Position numbers and translations under genes: made by a program. 64,000 nucleotides of DNA, taken from contig OX597829.1 in assembly GCA_951406725.2 (NCBI GenBank), positions 25,482,001 through 25,546,000 on the forward strand, in the 5' to 3' direction. Shown here piece after piece: positions 13,263-24,990 of this stretch; the stretch's first letter is position 1; the number at the start of each line of letters is the position of its first letter. The notes under the pieces are model-generated. The model worked only from the letters and a program-made list of their open reading frames with translations. It made no database searches and was not told the DNA's origin. The stretch is from Octopus vulgaris (taxonomy: Eukaryota).

Positions 13263-14432
13263 TTTGGCAAATCTTCTAAGTTCTAGAAGTACTGTGTGTG
13301 TGTGTTTGATGTGTGTGCGTGCGTGTGTGTGCATGCGCGCGCCCCTTGCTTAATTTCCTCAAGATATTTTCAGCAAGACATCCAGCTTTGCCTTGATACC
13401 ACCAATCTTTCTGATTGTCTGGAGTCATTTCATTTGATATCCATCTCTTACCCTTGTACTTTCTCTTCACCTACATTTTTCACTGATCAACACCACTAAG
13501 CCACTAAATTATCTCACCTTCACCACATCTCTCACTCACCCTATACATTACACCTGCCTCTCTCCTCTCCCTGCACTCTGGTAACCTACCCAACCACTCA
13601 TCATTTTTCTCTTTCGTCCTTCTCTTGTCAACTGTATCAACATTAGTATTCTCTTGATCCCCCACCCCAATATATCATTCTTATCCCTTATCCATTGACT
13701 ATTTGTTCTACATTCATTTACTCATTATATTCACAGCCCTCAGTCATACTACATCACTCACTTTCCCATACACTCCTGCATCATCCACACATATATCTGG
13801 TTCTTCTGTCCTCAGTTACTTCTACTCACCTCATATCTTGAGGGCCCATCAGATACCTCATCACTAATATTTTCTATCTCTCCCCTGCTCTACTCCAATC
13901 ATACCCCCCCAACCTTTCCTTCTAAAATATGAGTAACCATGTAGCTCCTCTACAATATGAAATATGTCCTGATCTGGTCCCTTCCTTCATGCTTTAACTC
14001 CTCATCTCCTAGCCTAAAGTCACTTCCCTTTCGGTCAGTAATTTTGCAAGGTATGTGGTGACCTCACTAGTGTTGGTAGCTTGGAAAAAAAAATCACCGA
14101 GTACACACTGTAAAATGGTTGGTATTACGAAGGGCTAACCAGACAGATAGATAGATATATACATATACAATTTTAACATCTATATTCCCATGCCTGGGAG
14201 GAGACTATATTGACCAGCATAGATGTGACCAGTGAAAGCAATATTTTATCATCTCTTCCATGAAGAGTAACAGCTTCGCCTTCATCCTAACTCTTCCTCA
14301 ATCTCCTTCTTCCAAGAGGCCCATTTACTTTGAGAGTACAATTCAATTTTATAGTTGTTCCTCTCCATACACAAAACATCCCTAAGTTAATGCAATCTTC
14401 TTTCTCTTGCCCACTAAACCTAATTCCTCTTA

Positions 14433-14834
14433 TACTCTTTTTACTCTTTTACTTGTTTCAGTCATTTGACTGCGGCCATGCTGGAGCACTGCCGTTAGTC
14501 AAGCAAATCGACCCTGAGACTTATTCTTTGTAAGCCCAGAACTTATTCTATCGGTCTCTTTTGCTGAACCGCTAAGTGACGAGGACGTAAACATGCCAGC
14601 ATCGGTTGTCAAGCAACGCTAGGGGGACAAACAGACACACAACACATACATATATATATACATATATACGACAGGCTTCTTTCAGTTTCCGTCTACCAAA
14701 TCCACTCACAAGTCATTGGTCGGCCCGGAGCTATATAACAGAAGACACTTGCCCAAGATGTCACACAGTGGAATTGAACCCGGAACCATGTGGTTGGTAA
14801 GCAAGCTACTTACCACACAGCCACTCCTGCGCCT
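14433..14834 (-). mobile_element. SINE family A, full length, young
   Basis: Reverse complement of 9696-10105 with high identity. Older - strand copies at about 26000-26360, 43860-44190 and 59840-60035. Confidence 0.9.
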
Positions 14835-15427
14835 CTTATGTTCATTTTCTCTCACTTATTTGTAGACATCAAGTGAAGAATGCTCACTTCATTTCTCCAT
14901 AACTTTCACAAAACCACTGCTAGCCAAGGCTTAAATCTCACTACCATGCAACATTGCATTTTGCATCCAACCATCATACAATAAGCTTTTCACTGCTCTG
15001 AGGGATTGGTGATAAAAAGAGAATCTGGCTCTAGAAAACTTGCTTCAACATATCTTATCTGACCTTCAGACCCATGCAAGCATAGAAAAGAAGACAAAGA
15101 ATAATGATGAGGTGTGTATGATGTTGATCACACACACACACACACACACACGTATATAATTATGCATGTACATGTGAAGGCAACTGGCCTAGAGGTTAGA
15201 ATGTTGCACTTAGGATCTTGTGATCATGATTTCAATTCCCAGACCAGGTCATGCACTGCATTCTTGAGTAAAACACTTCATTTCATGCTGCTCTACAATC
15301 ACTCCAACATGTGACATACCACATATCATCATATAACATGTCTTTCATATTGGAATGTGTTGAACAGTGCAACAGGGTCTGCCAGATTGGAAAACTGTTG
15401 TGTAGTTATATATATATATATATATAT

Positions 15428-15636
15428 AGGGAAAATTCACAAAAAAAAAAAACAAAAGACGAAGACAGGTGGTGTAGAAAACAAACAGATATATTAGTAT
15501 AACACTCAGGAATTGAAAAAGTCTTTAACGTTTCGAGCCTACGCTCTTCCACAGAAAGGAACACAGAAAGAAACAAGGAGAGAAAAAAAATGTGTGTAGT
15601 GGCTATTGATCTATCATGGCAAATGCCGGACAGAAT
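15428..15636 (-). mobile_element. Short TA-anchored repeat, probable Penelope-like terminus
   Basis: GAAGAGCGTAGGCTCGAAACGTTAAAGACTTT...CTAATA...GTCTTCGTCTTTTG then (TA)n. Related copies at about 18770-18880 and 54800-54940. Confidence 0.5.
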
Positions 15637-15784
15637 ATATCATCATCATCATCATCATCAAAACGTCCGTTTTCCGCGCTAGCACGGGTTGGACGGTTCG
15701 ACCGGGGTCTGGGGAGCCAGGGGCTGCTCCAGGCTCCAGTCTGATCTGGCAGTGTTTCTACAGCTGGATGCCCTTCCTAACAGA

Positions 15785-15828
<44 letters not shown>

Positions 15829-16559
15829 TATTGTTCATTGTTTAACATACATATTTTCATGTATAGAGAAGAGGTTATTTTTCAAACAAAATGTCAAAGA
15901 CAAGAAAATCCAGTTATGTTATAACATGTGTTGATACCAACACGTTATAACATATGTTGGGATGCAAAAAGATACATCACATAAGGGCATCTGCCTATAA
16001 AACAAAGTCTTAATAGCATGTTTATGACTAATCCATGCTAGCATGGAAAATGGATGTAAAAGGAAACAAATGATGAGGATTTCAGCTTTTGGCATTTATT
16101 ATTATTATTGTTGTTATTGATATCACTGTGATATCACAGACGGTTTTAACATTGAAATTGGTGAAGTAGACATATTATCGACAGAGAAATACATAAAGTA
16201 ATCGAGATATACAGAGAATGTGACAGAATAATTAGCTTGAATTTGTCATGGGCAACACGAAAGCAACTGTGATCTCTGTATATGACACCTCAGTCAGAAC
16301 TGATAAATGAGAAAAAGATTCTCATTGAGATTCTCATTTGATGGATTACTAATAATAAGAATGGCAGTAACTTTGTTACCAGAGTTGTTGATGTTAACGC
16401 ATATGGCCAATGACACTATGATGGCTAGGTGAGTGATATGACAGGGAAGAGGAGGATATAGAAACATAAAATATAAGGAACAACTGAGTTTCTGCAAAGC
16501 AAGCTGACATGAAATACAAATGAAATTTAAGGATATAGCAAGTCCCAGTCAGATGAAAG

Positions 16560-17100
16560 GTAACATGGTGAAAGCCATAAAAGCTAAGAAACAAATCTTG
16601 AAAACTGGAAAGAGGAGGAAAGCAAGGAACAATATGAAAGAGCTAGAAAAAAATCCTACATACTAAGTATATATAGTAAAACTGTAACTGATACTAAGAA
16701 GTTAATACAAGTAAAGCAATGAGAGGATTAGATGTATAGGGTGTTCTGGATAGCAAAAGAAATGGGTCAGTATAAATCATGACAACATTGATAAAGTATC
16801 ATTGAATGAGAGAAATACATGGGAGAAAGATGGACTTCCTTAAATAAATTCAATAGAAGGACTAGCTGTAAAGTAGGGAACTATACAGTCAATAGTTGCC
16901 AATAAGGATATGAAGGCAAGAAAAGCAACTGGATTATCATGGATGCTTGCTGAGACACTCAAAATATCAAGTGAAATAGGACATGCACTAGTTATATGTA
17001 TGGTTGCCAATGAGATAGCACAAGGAAAGGGCCCCTGTTTACAATGATTACAACTGCAAGAGAGGTGAGAGATGCACAAGAAAGAAATAACAAACTAATG
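16560..17100 (+). mobile_element. Decayed RTE-like LINE fragment (region upstream of RT)
   Basis: KDMKARKATGLSWMLAETLKISSEIG resembles the RTE MKxGKAxGPSGIxAEMLKxSG motif. Confidence 0.55.
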
Positions 17101-17477
17101 GAGAGAAGACCTTGACTGATCAAAACTGACTATTTATCTACACATGTATGTGTAAGGGTTAGGATACGATATTTTGAGGAAAAGTGGTAGTTATCCATTC
17201 AAGCAAATCTTTGTTCACACCACTGACATTATCCAAGGGATTTGGCCTGATAAAACTTGACACTATTGTTATTGCAGGTACTGCTGTCAGAATTCAAAGA
17301 ACCAGAATAGATACTACAAGACATCTTTCCTAATCCTCTAACAGTTCCACCAATCTACCATTTTGGAATGTTATCTTTTATCAACTATGAAAAGATGGAT
17401 GGGATTTGAACTTAGGGTTCAGAATGTCAGGTACACTGAAATAGTTAGTAGTAGGTGCATTTTTGAAATCCTCTTAC

Positions 17478-17514
17478 ATATGTAGAGGGTTGTTACAAAT
17501 ATAACAGTCATTTA
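17478..17514 (-). CDS. Unknown - strand gene, coding exon 2 (LNDCYICNNPLH)
   Basis: Long T-tract plus tandem AAG/CAG acceptor, donor GTAAGA, phase 1 in and phase 2 out, matching both neighbours. Confidence 0.55.
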
Positions 17515-17769
17515 CTGCTTTGAGAAGAAAAAAAATGAAAATGTTGACACTTCAAAGAGTTCCTACAGCTACTGTTGCCCATCCTTTTCCCTTACTTTCT
17601 TTTTCCTTCCCTTAATTATTTATACAACTTTCAAGTGATAGAAATCCTCACTATATTTTTATGACAATTTTTGAATCATGGGTACTTGATATTTTTTTTT
17701 TCTCTTAAAGGGGAAAACTACTATTTTATTTAAAATAGAATATTACCCTTTATGATCTTAATCAAATGG

Positions 17770-18430
17770 TAGAAAAACAGACAGAGGACTACCTCTTTAT
17801 AGACGAAGATCAGTTTCAATGGGAGAAGTTGAATCTCATAAGAATGGAAAAACAAACAACAAATGGGTTGTACCTTATAATGAAACTCTTTTAAGAGCGT
17901 TCAGATGTCACTGCAACATTGAAATCATTGCCTCAGTGAGGTCAATTAAGTATGTCATTAAGTACACGTTGAAAGGAAATGACCAAGCTGCTGTTCAAAT
18001 AAACAATGATAACATAATTAGTCAATATCTTATGGGTAGGTATATCGAACCATCTGAAGCAGTTGTATCCATTCTAGAATTTTCAATTCATGAAAGAGCA
18101 CCTGCAAGTTCATCTACCAGATGAACAGAGAATATTGCTCAGAAATAATGAAGATATATATGGCTATCAATGAACGACATATGAGAACAACGTTGACAGA
18201 ATTCTTTTCATTGTGCACCAATGATGATGGTACAAAAACATTACTTTATGCTGTAGTACCCATGTATTTCCCTTGGAACAGTAGTAACAAAGAATGGCAA
18301 AGGAAAGCGAGGAAAAAAAGTTGAAGGCCATTTGAACATTTTCTAAGAAGAAACACTTGGTCATGTTTATGTTGTTACACCAAAGGCAGGAGAACTGTAT
18401 TATTTAAGAATTATATCGCATGAAGTCCAA
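17770..18430 (+). mobile_element. Helitron Rep/helicase fragment
   Basis: GLPLYRRR...NKWVVPYN...HCNIEIIASVRSIKYVIKY..KGND...GRYI..SEA..ILEFSIHER, then TTLTEFFSLC...LLY..VP.YFPW and ELYYLR; frameshifted. Confidence 0.88.
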
Positions 18431-18596
18431 AATAGCATGTTTTCCTTTGCATTGCACATCAACAATTTCAGCTTGGAATGATTGTGACCTGACAGGTCAC
18501 AGGTACATCTAGTGTGTGTGTGTGTGTTTATTATGAAGATGTACTTGCATAGCAAGTGACTTGATCTGAGATCATGTACTGAAACAAAAATAATTG

Positions 18597-18773
18597 CAGC
18601 ATGGAAGATGTTTATAAGTCATTTAAGAACACAAAAAACTGTTAGATTCACTTCAACATTTTGTGGTTTCAAAGCACCAAAAATATTTTAACACAAATTA
18701 AATTTAAATGTTGAAATGAATCTAATGGTTTTTTTGTGTGTTCTTAAATGGTTTTTAAACATCTTCTATGCTG
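18597..18773. repeat. Inverted repeat with about 65-bp arms
   Basis: CAGCATGGAAGATGTTTATAAGTCATTTAAGAACAC...TTCAACATTT and its reverse complement AAATGTTGAAATGAATCTAA...AAACATCTTCTATGCTG. Confidence 0.8.
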
Positions 18774-18876
18774 AGCATAGGCTCGAAACAAGACTTTCTC
18801 ACCTTCCCAAGCATCAAACTAATACACCTGCTTGTTGTTTATACATGTCTTCGTCTTTTGTTTTTCTGTAAATTTC

Positions 18877-18908
<32 letters not shown>

Positions 18909-18911
<3 letters not shown>

Positions 18912-19210
18912 GAGGCGCAATGGCCCAGTGGTTAGGGCAGCGGACTCGCGGTTGTAGAATCGCGGTTTTGATTCCCAGACCGGGCGTTGTGAGTGTTTAT
19001 TGAGCGAAAACACCTAAAGCTCCACGAGGCTCCAGCAGGGGATGGTGGCGATCCCTGCTATAATCTTTCGCCGCAACTTTCTCTCACTCTTTCTTCTGTT
19101 GGCCTGCTCGCTTAGCCAGCGGGGTGGCGTCATTTGAAGGCTAAAACAATGCGAAGTGTATTGTGACCAGCGATGTGTAGCAACATCTGATAGCCTGGTC
19201 GGTCACGGTG
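18909..19210 (+). mobile_element. Young tRNA-derived SINE inserted in a (TA)n tract
   Basis: Box A TGGCCCAGTGG, box B GGTTTTGATTCCC, CpG-rich, (TA)n on both sides. Confidence 0.85.
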
Positions 19211-19249
19211 ATATATATATATATACACAGGTGCATCTTGATGTGAGTA

Positions 19250-19780
19250 GGTGTCTTCTGTAACACTGTATAGTCAATCTGTACAGTCCCTTGTCATTTT
19301 GTGAGCTGAATCCCCTCCAGATCAGCTTCCACCACATTACTCCTAGACTTCTCTTCCACAAGCTCCATCAACGTGGAGTGTTCAACACCTTCTTATGCAG
19401 CAATCATTCTCTATATACATTACATGCCTCTACCACTACAACCTTTTCACTTACCAATTATACCTGATTCTTCTTATACCCAGATTTTCTTTTAGCTCAT
19501 TTGTACTTTGCTATTCACATCCACTGGAGCATTCTAATTTCATCTTTTTCCAGTCTTCATAATTTTTTTAATTTTTGCATTCAAGGTCCATGTTTTATTT
19601 ACTACGATGCAATTTTGTATTTCTACCACAGGTATCATACGATTTACCCTTCCCTTTGAAGAAGACCTTTATTACCAGCAGAAGTACTAGCACCTATAAT
19701 TTTCTCTATCTTGTTCTTATTCTGGCAACTATATTTTCAGAGCAACTACCTTCCCTAAAATTAGTCTCCTAGGTAACAGA
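19250..19780 (-). mobile_element. Decayed RTE LINE 3' region
   Basis: - strand resembles the RTE segment LLxxKGLxxxxKGxxYDxC...TWxL and the downstream RRRLxW region. Confidence 0.45.
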
Positions 19781-19796
19781 AGCTTCACATGTACAT

Positions 19797-20303
19797 GCAG
19801 ACAGACAGATAGCTACATCGACAGATAGATAGATCGACAGACATATAGATCGAAAGACATATAGATCGACAGACAGACAGGTCGACAGACAGACAAACAG
19901 ATAGATCGACAGACAGGTAGATAGATCGACAGATAGATCGACAGACAGGTAGATAGATCGACAGATAGACAAACAGATAGATCGACAGACAGGTAGATAG
20001 ATCGACAGACAGACAGATAGATAGATCGACAGACAGACAGACAGATAGATAGATAGATCGACAGACAGACAGATAGATAGATCGACAGACAGACAGATAG
20101 ATAGATCGACAGACAGACAGACAGATAAATAGATCGACAGACAGATAGATAGATCGACAGACAAACAGATAGATAGACAGACAGACAGACAGATAGATCG
20201 ACAGACAGACAGACAGATAGATAGATCGACAGACAGATAAGATAGATCGACAGACAGACAGATAGATAGATCGACAGACAGATAGATACATAGATCGACA
20301 GAC
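19797..20303. repeat. Compound tetranucleotide satellite (GATA/GACA/GATC)
   Basis: Directly visible; recurrent GATAGATCGACAGACA units. Confidence 0.97.
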
Positions 20304-20952
20304 AAGTACGTAGAGGATTAGATGGACAAAAGATATGTTGGAGGGAGATACGTAGTTAAATAGACGGGATGAGCAATTTATCTAAACAACAAATATTCAA
20401 GTGTTTCTTTACCCTTTAATATATGCAGAGACTTCTGCTTCTTTATTAAAATATTTTCCTCGAGATTCTTTAAAAAATTGTCACTGTGTGTTCTATTGTT
20501 TTACTTGAAAATTAGCGGAGAATACTGAATGAAATATGTTAATTTAATAGACACTATGTGTAATTATTACTGCTACAACAATAACAAGTGCGAATTAAAT
20601 ATCAAATGTTGTTATAACTTGTTACATCGGTATCAAGCTGATTGTTTTTGTAAATGTTAGCAATATAGAAACAGATATTTAATAAATCGGCGCAATAGGG
20701 AATGAAAAGAAAAGACTGATCAGGTCGGCTTTGAACTTTTATGAGTAGGAGCAAAATAAAATTGTGTTAAAGATACTTCAGTTCATCGAATTTGTCAATT
20801 TCACATCGTAATTGTCGGTAACTCTTAAAGCAAAGAGAAAATTAATTACAATGATTATTCTGAAAAACTCCAAAAAGAAAATTTTGTAAATATAAGTGTG
20901 GGCGTGTATCTGTAATATGTACTATAAAATCGTTATCGCTAATAATACTTAC

Positions 20953-21004
20953 AGTCTTCTGGGTTGAAGCCCGGTTTAGACAAAATTCTTTTAAGGTCGC
21001 CCAT
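20953..21004 (-). CDS. Unknown - strand gene, first coding exon (MGDLKRILSKPGFNPED)
   Basis: ATG in CAAAATGG context, 52 nt, donor GTAAGT (phase 1). Possible upstream acceptor TTGGTAG (AG at 21028-21029). Confidence 0.6.
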
Positions 21005-21620
21005 TTTGTTCAGTGGAAGTAAATAAGCTACCAAGAGCAGTTAACTCAGTATTCGATTTTTTTAAAAAATCAATTTAAGTTAAAATTATAGTTTATCTCT
21101 CAAAGATTGACTGGAAATTAGAAACTATTTCAGCTACTTAATTTTTTTCTTAGCTAAAACGAACGCAAACAAGGCTTTGGAAGATATATATAGTAAATTA
21201 ATAAAACCTTCCTGAAAAGTCTGAATATTTAAAAAAAAATTTTTTATGACGTTTAAGAACAGCTTTCCTTCAAAGTCCCACAGACTTCATTGCAAAGGAA
21301 AAGGATGCTGAAGTGGAAGAATAAAAAAAACAAACTTACTGGATGTCTAGAATTGTAATTTCTGTTTTATGAGAAACATGAATATAGGATACTAATAAAT
21401 AAATAAAAATAAAAAGCGCTTTTTTTTGAGGGACTTCATGAAAAAGCTTCTCCAAAAATTCGGGTTTTTTTTTTTTTTTTTTACCTTTACGGACTTGAGA
21501 AAATACATTGGTATCTAATTTTTGATATAAGGACACACGTTGTTGCAGGAAAACAGTATTTTATTGATACCAGAAAGAAAAAGACATTCAGTCGTAGAAG
21601 AATTGAACCCAGAAGTATAT
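21005..21620 (-). promoter_or_regulatory. Likely 5'UTR exons/promoter of the - strand gene
   Basis: Donor-like sites on the - strand (GTAAGT near 21339, GTAAAA near 21484) upstream of the ATG exon; CpG-retaining unique sequence. Confidence 0.35.
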
Positions 21621-21622
21621 CC

Positions 21623-22722
21623 GGTCAATATACAGTTTGAGATCTGTAGAAGAAGAAGAAGAAAAAAAGAAAAGAAAAACAGCCTACGAGTTGAAAAAAT
21701 GTGTAGAAAACGAATATGAAAAAATAATTTGCGCGAACGAACGAACGGGGCTGGGAGAGGACATTCAGAAAATTCACAAGATCCGATTTTCCCCTCATAA
21801 CTTTCAGGAAAATGGATATATATTATTGAAATTTTATAGAAATACTGTTCAAGTGGCACAAATTACGATTATAAAGAAATTTCCGGGGAAAATGTTTTCC
21901 AAAGGGATGGGGAAAGGACTGCCAGAAAATTCACACGATCTGTTTTTTTTTTTTCCCCTCATAAATTTCGGAAAATGGATATCTTAATGAAATTTTACAG
22001 AAACGTCGTCTTTCAAACAGCATAAATTACGATTATAAAGAAATTAGTGGAGAAAATGTTTTCCTGAAAGTTAGGAGGGAAAAAAATCGGATCGTGTGAA
22101 TTTTCCGAAAGTTTCCCCCACCCACCCATTCCCCGTTCGTTTGCGCAAATTTTTGTTTTCATATTCGTTTTCTACACGTTTTTTTTGTTGTTGTTTTCTT
22201 TTTTCGTTTTGGTGACCGAGTGCTAAACTAGATTCTGAAAGTTATGAGGGAAAAAACGGATCGTGTGAACTTTCTGATAGTTCTCTCCCCACCCATTCCG
22301 GAAAACATTTTCCCCACAAATTTCTTTATAATCGTAATCGATGCCGTTTGAAAGGTGTTTCTATAAAATTTCATTAAAAGATATCCATTTTCCTGAAAGT
22401 TATGCGAGAAATAACGGATCATGTGAATTTTCCGAAATCTTCTCCCCACCCTTCGGAAAACCTTTTCCCCTAGAAATGTCTTTATAATCGTAATCTGTAC
22501 CATTTGAACGGTATTTCTATAAAATTTCATAAATATATATCCATTTTCCTGAAAGTTATGAGGGAAAAATCGGATCTTGTGAATTTTCCGAAAGTCCTCT
22601 ACCCACTCGCCCGTTCGTTTGCGCAATTTTTTTTCATATTCGTTTTCTACGCATTTTTTTATACTTCGTAAGCTAATTTTTTTTTTTGTTTTCGTTAATG
22701 GGTCTCCAACTGTATATTGACC
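21623..22722. mobile_element. Foldback-type element with long modular inverted arms
   Basis: Ends GGTCAATATACAGTT / AACTGTATATTGACC. Arms of about 440-490 bp built from roughly 180-bp subrepeats. Flanks GTATATCC / ATATATTC (6 of 8 match, possible TSD). Confidence 0.75.
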
Positions 22723-23900
22723 ATATATTCTTAATTAAATTACACATTCTAAAACAGAATTGAGAGCAATAGCTATAAACATTGAATTCCTGCAAGAACA
22801 TATTCTAAATTTATCCTAATTTTTTCAACGTCTGGTTTGTAATCTATAGCCTAAAGCATTCCTAGGAATAAAAATAAGCCCCAAATGTCTTTACAAGATA
22901 GCTATTTTTGCTCAAAGTCTAAAAATGGAATGAAGTTAGTAAAATTCTTTTAATACCATACGATTTGAACAGTCACTGATGCATCTTGTTTACATTCTAG
23001 TTATTATTTTAATTTACTCAATTTTTCATGGCATTGCTCTAAGAACAATCTACAGATATACAATATTTCCGTGTGATGAAACATTGACATGCATGCAGTA
23101 TTTAATCGTATGCGATGCAGTGTGACCGTCTGGACATGTTGCACTGTCTCCATTCTATTTCTGTACGTCTGTTGTTAATGTTTTAACTGAGGTCAATCCT
23201 AATCGAATAAATTACACCAGTGACCATTCTGCCTTTTCCTTCTGTGCAAGCAACTCGTGGCAACAGTATCCAACACCTCATTTTCAAAAGCGGCAAAATT
23301 TGCAAGAGATTTGATTGCTGTTTTTAGCAGGTCGAGGCCCACTCGTTGAGGCGCCTGTACATCTGCAAATTATGGTGGTGGCAAAGATGGTCTTAGCCAC
23401 AGAGCAACTGTTGCTTTTCTTCAACACTTCTCATTGGACCTGAAAAGTCATAGCGCGGTGTTTGGGGATGAATGACTTTGATTTTTGCAACTATTTTGGT
23501 AGTTATTGTTGCATGTGATTTCTTTTGTCTCCATTGAATGAGAGAAATAGTGCTTTTAGATGATAATGAATGGCATAGTTCTTGTTTATTATACATGCTT
23601 CAGAGTCATTTGGGTAACATACTGGCAGGGACTATGACAATAAGAAACAGTCGATTTGGAAGATGTTTTAAGTTTGCGGTCAGATTCGTAGGTAACGATT
23701 GGGGAAGTTGTGCAGCTACGTTTGAGGAATAATGGGCACTGACAAGAATAGCTAAAACAGATTTGTTGATAATATACATAAAAAAAAGTAATGTTACCAA
23801 TTATCACCTAATGAATTGTTTGTGGAAGCTGAAGAACTAAGATTTTTTTCTTTTTTTTTTAACAAATATGGTCCCTGCTCCCTGATTATATATATATATA

Positions 23901-24054
23901 TCGTGTAGATCATTTCATACTAATAATCTCTCACCATTAGAGCCAACTTGAGAAATAGCCAGCCATGATATATATATATATATATATCATGGCTGGCTAT
24001 TTCTCAAGTTGGCTCTAATGGTGAGAGATTATTAGTATGAAGTGATCTACACGA
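23901..24054. repeat. 154-bp near-perfect palindrome with a (TA)n centre
   Basis: TCGTGTAGATCA...AGCCATGA(TA)nTCATGGCT...TGATCTACACGA; one mismatch. Confidence 0.95.
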
Positions 24055-24104
24055 AGGAGGTTAAATATGTTTTGAGGAAATTTTTGTTGAGTAATATTAA
24101 GTCA

Positions 24105-24389
24105 GGAGGCACATGGCCAAGTGGTTAGAGCAGAGGGATCGCGGGTTCGAATCTCAGGCCGGGCGATGTGTGTGTTTATGAGCGAAACACCTAAGCTCCA
24201 CGCAGCTCCGGCAGACGGTAATGGCGAACTTCTGCCGACTCTTTCGCCACAACTTTCTACCAGTCTTTCCTCCTGCATCTTGCAGCTCACCTGCGACGGA
24301 CCGGCGTCCCGTCAAGGTGGGGAACATATACGCCAAGGAAACCGGGAAATCGGCCCTTATGAGCCAGGCATGGCTCGAGAAGGAACAAA
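24105..24389 (+). mobile_element. tRNA-derived SINE with target-site duplication
   Basis: Box A TGGCCAAGTGG, box B GGTTCGAATC; central domain shared with the 18909 SINE. Flanks TAATATTAAGTCA / TGATATCAAGTCA (11 of 13 match). Confidence 0.85.
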
Positions 24390-24559
24390 TGATATCAAGT
24401 CAACCCTATGGTATTGAGATTGTCGGTCGAAGGACAAAGCAGGAGGAGGCCTTTATACAGTTGCTCGACCTGTAACAAAGCCTATCTTAAGCACTACCCT
24501 ACCTTCTTGATAAATAGTTAAATATACATAATTTGCAACAAAATATATGTCAGAAAGAA

Positions 24560-24990
24560 GAGAGTATGGTTATGGCAAGAGATCGGGTCAAATGATGTTT
24601 TCTGGACATACAGTTGATATAGGTTAAAATAGATAGTTGAGAGGACGGATCCTTGGGGTAATACATTCAGGAAATTACAGATACAAATGGTGTTATGAAA
24701 TATCAAGTTTTCGTTGTTTGAAATAGTTTTTCATCAGCATTTTGTTTAATTTAAAGGTGGGGAATAGAATGGACGGATTGTGAGTATGATGGTCGTTGAG
24801 TATTTAGGAATTTTGCAACTATGCATTCAGGGATCATGTGTCTTAAATCTGTGTGACGTATTTTTTTTTTTTTCAGTTATGGTTTTTCTTCGGCTTTAGA
24901 ATTGGGATGGTTTTGTTTCGTATTCATCTTCTAGACATTTGGCATTGTCGAAGAGGTGCCTTACGTTGTACCATGAACATGGGAGCAAGG
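24560..24990 (-). mobile_element. LINE RT remnant
   Basis: NVLPQGSVLSTIYFNLY resembles the RT GxPQGSVLxPxLFNxY motif. Confidence 0.5.

Noticed and set aside
15915-15954. Small hairpin TATGTTATAACATGTGTTG / CAACACGTTATAACATA
   Set aside because: Short and AT-rich, with no supporting context.
18909-18985. tRNA gene-like sequence (also at 24105)
   Set aside because: It continues into a SINE body, with no clean cloverleaf end or oligo-T terminator.
19769-20305. 168- and 178-aa LSVCLSI-repeat ORFs
   Set aside because: Translation of the GATA/GACA satellite.
21637-22626. Two similar convergent ORFs (116 and 132 aa) resembling paralogs
   Set aside because: They are the two arms of the foldback element; no protein motifs.
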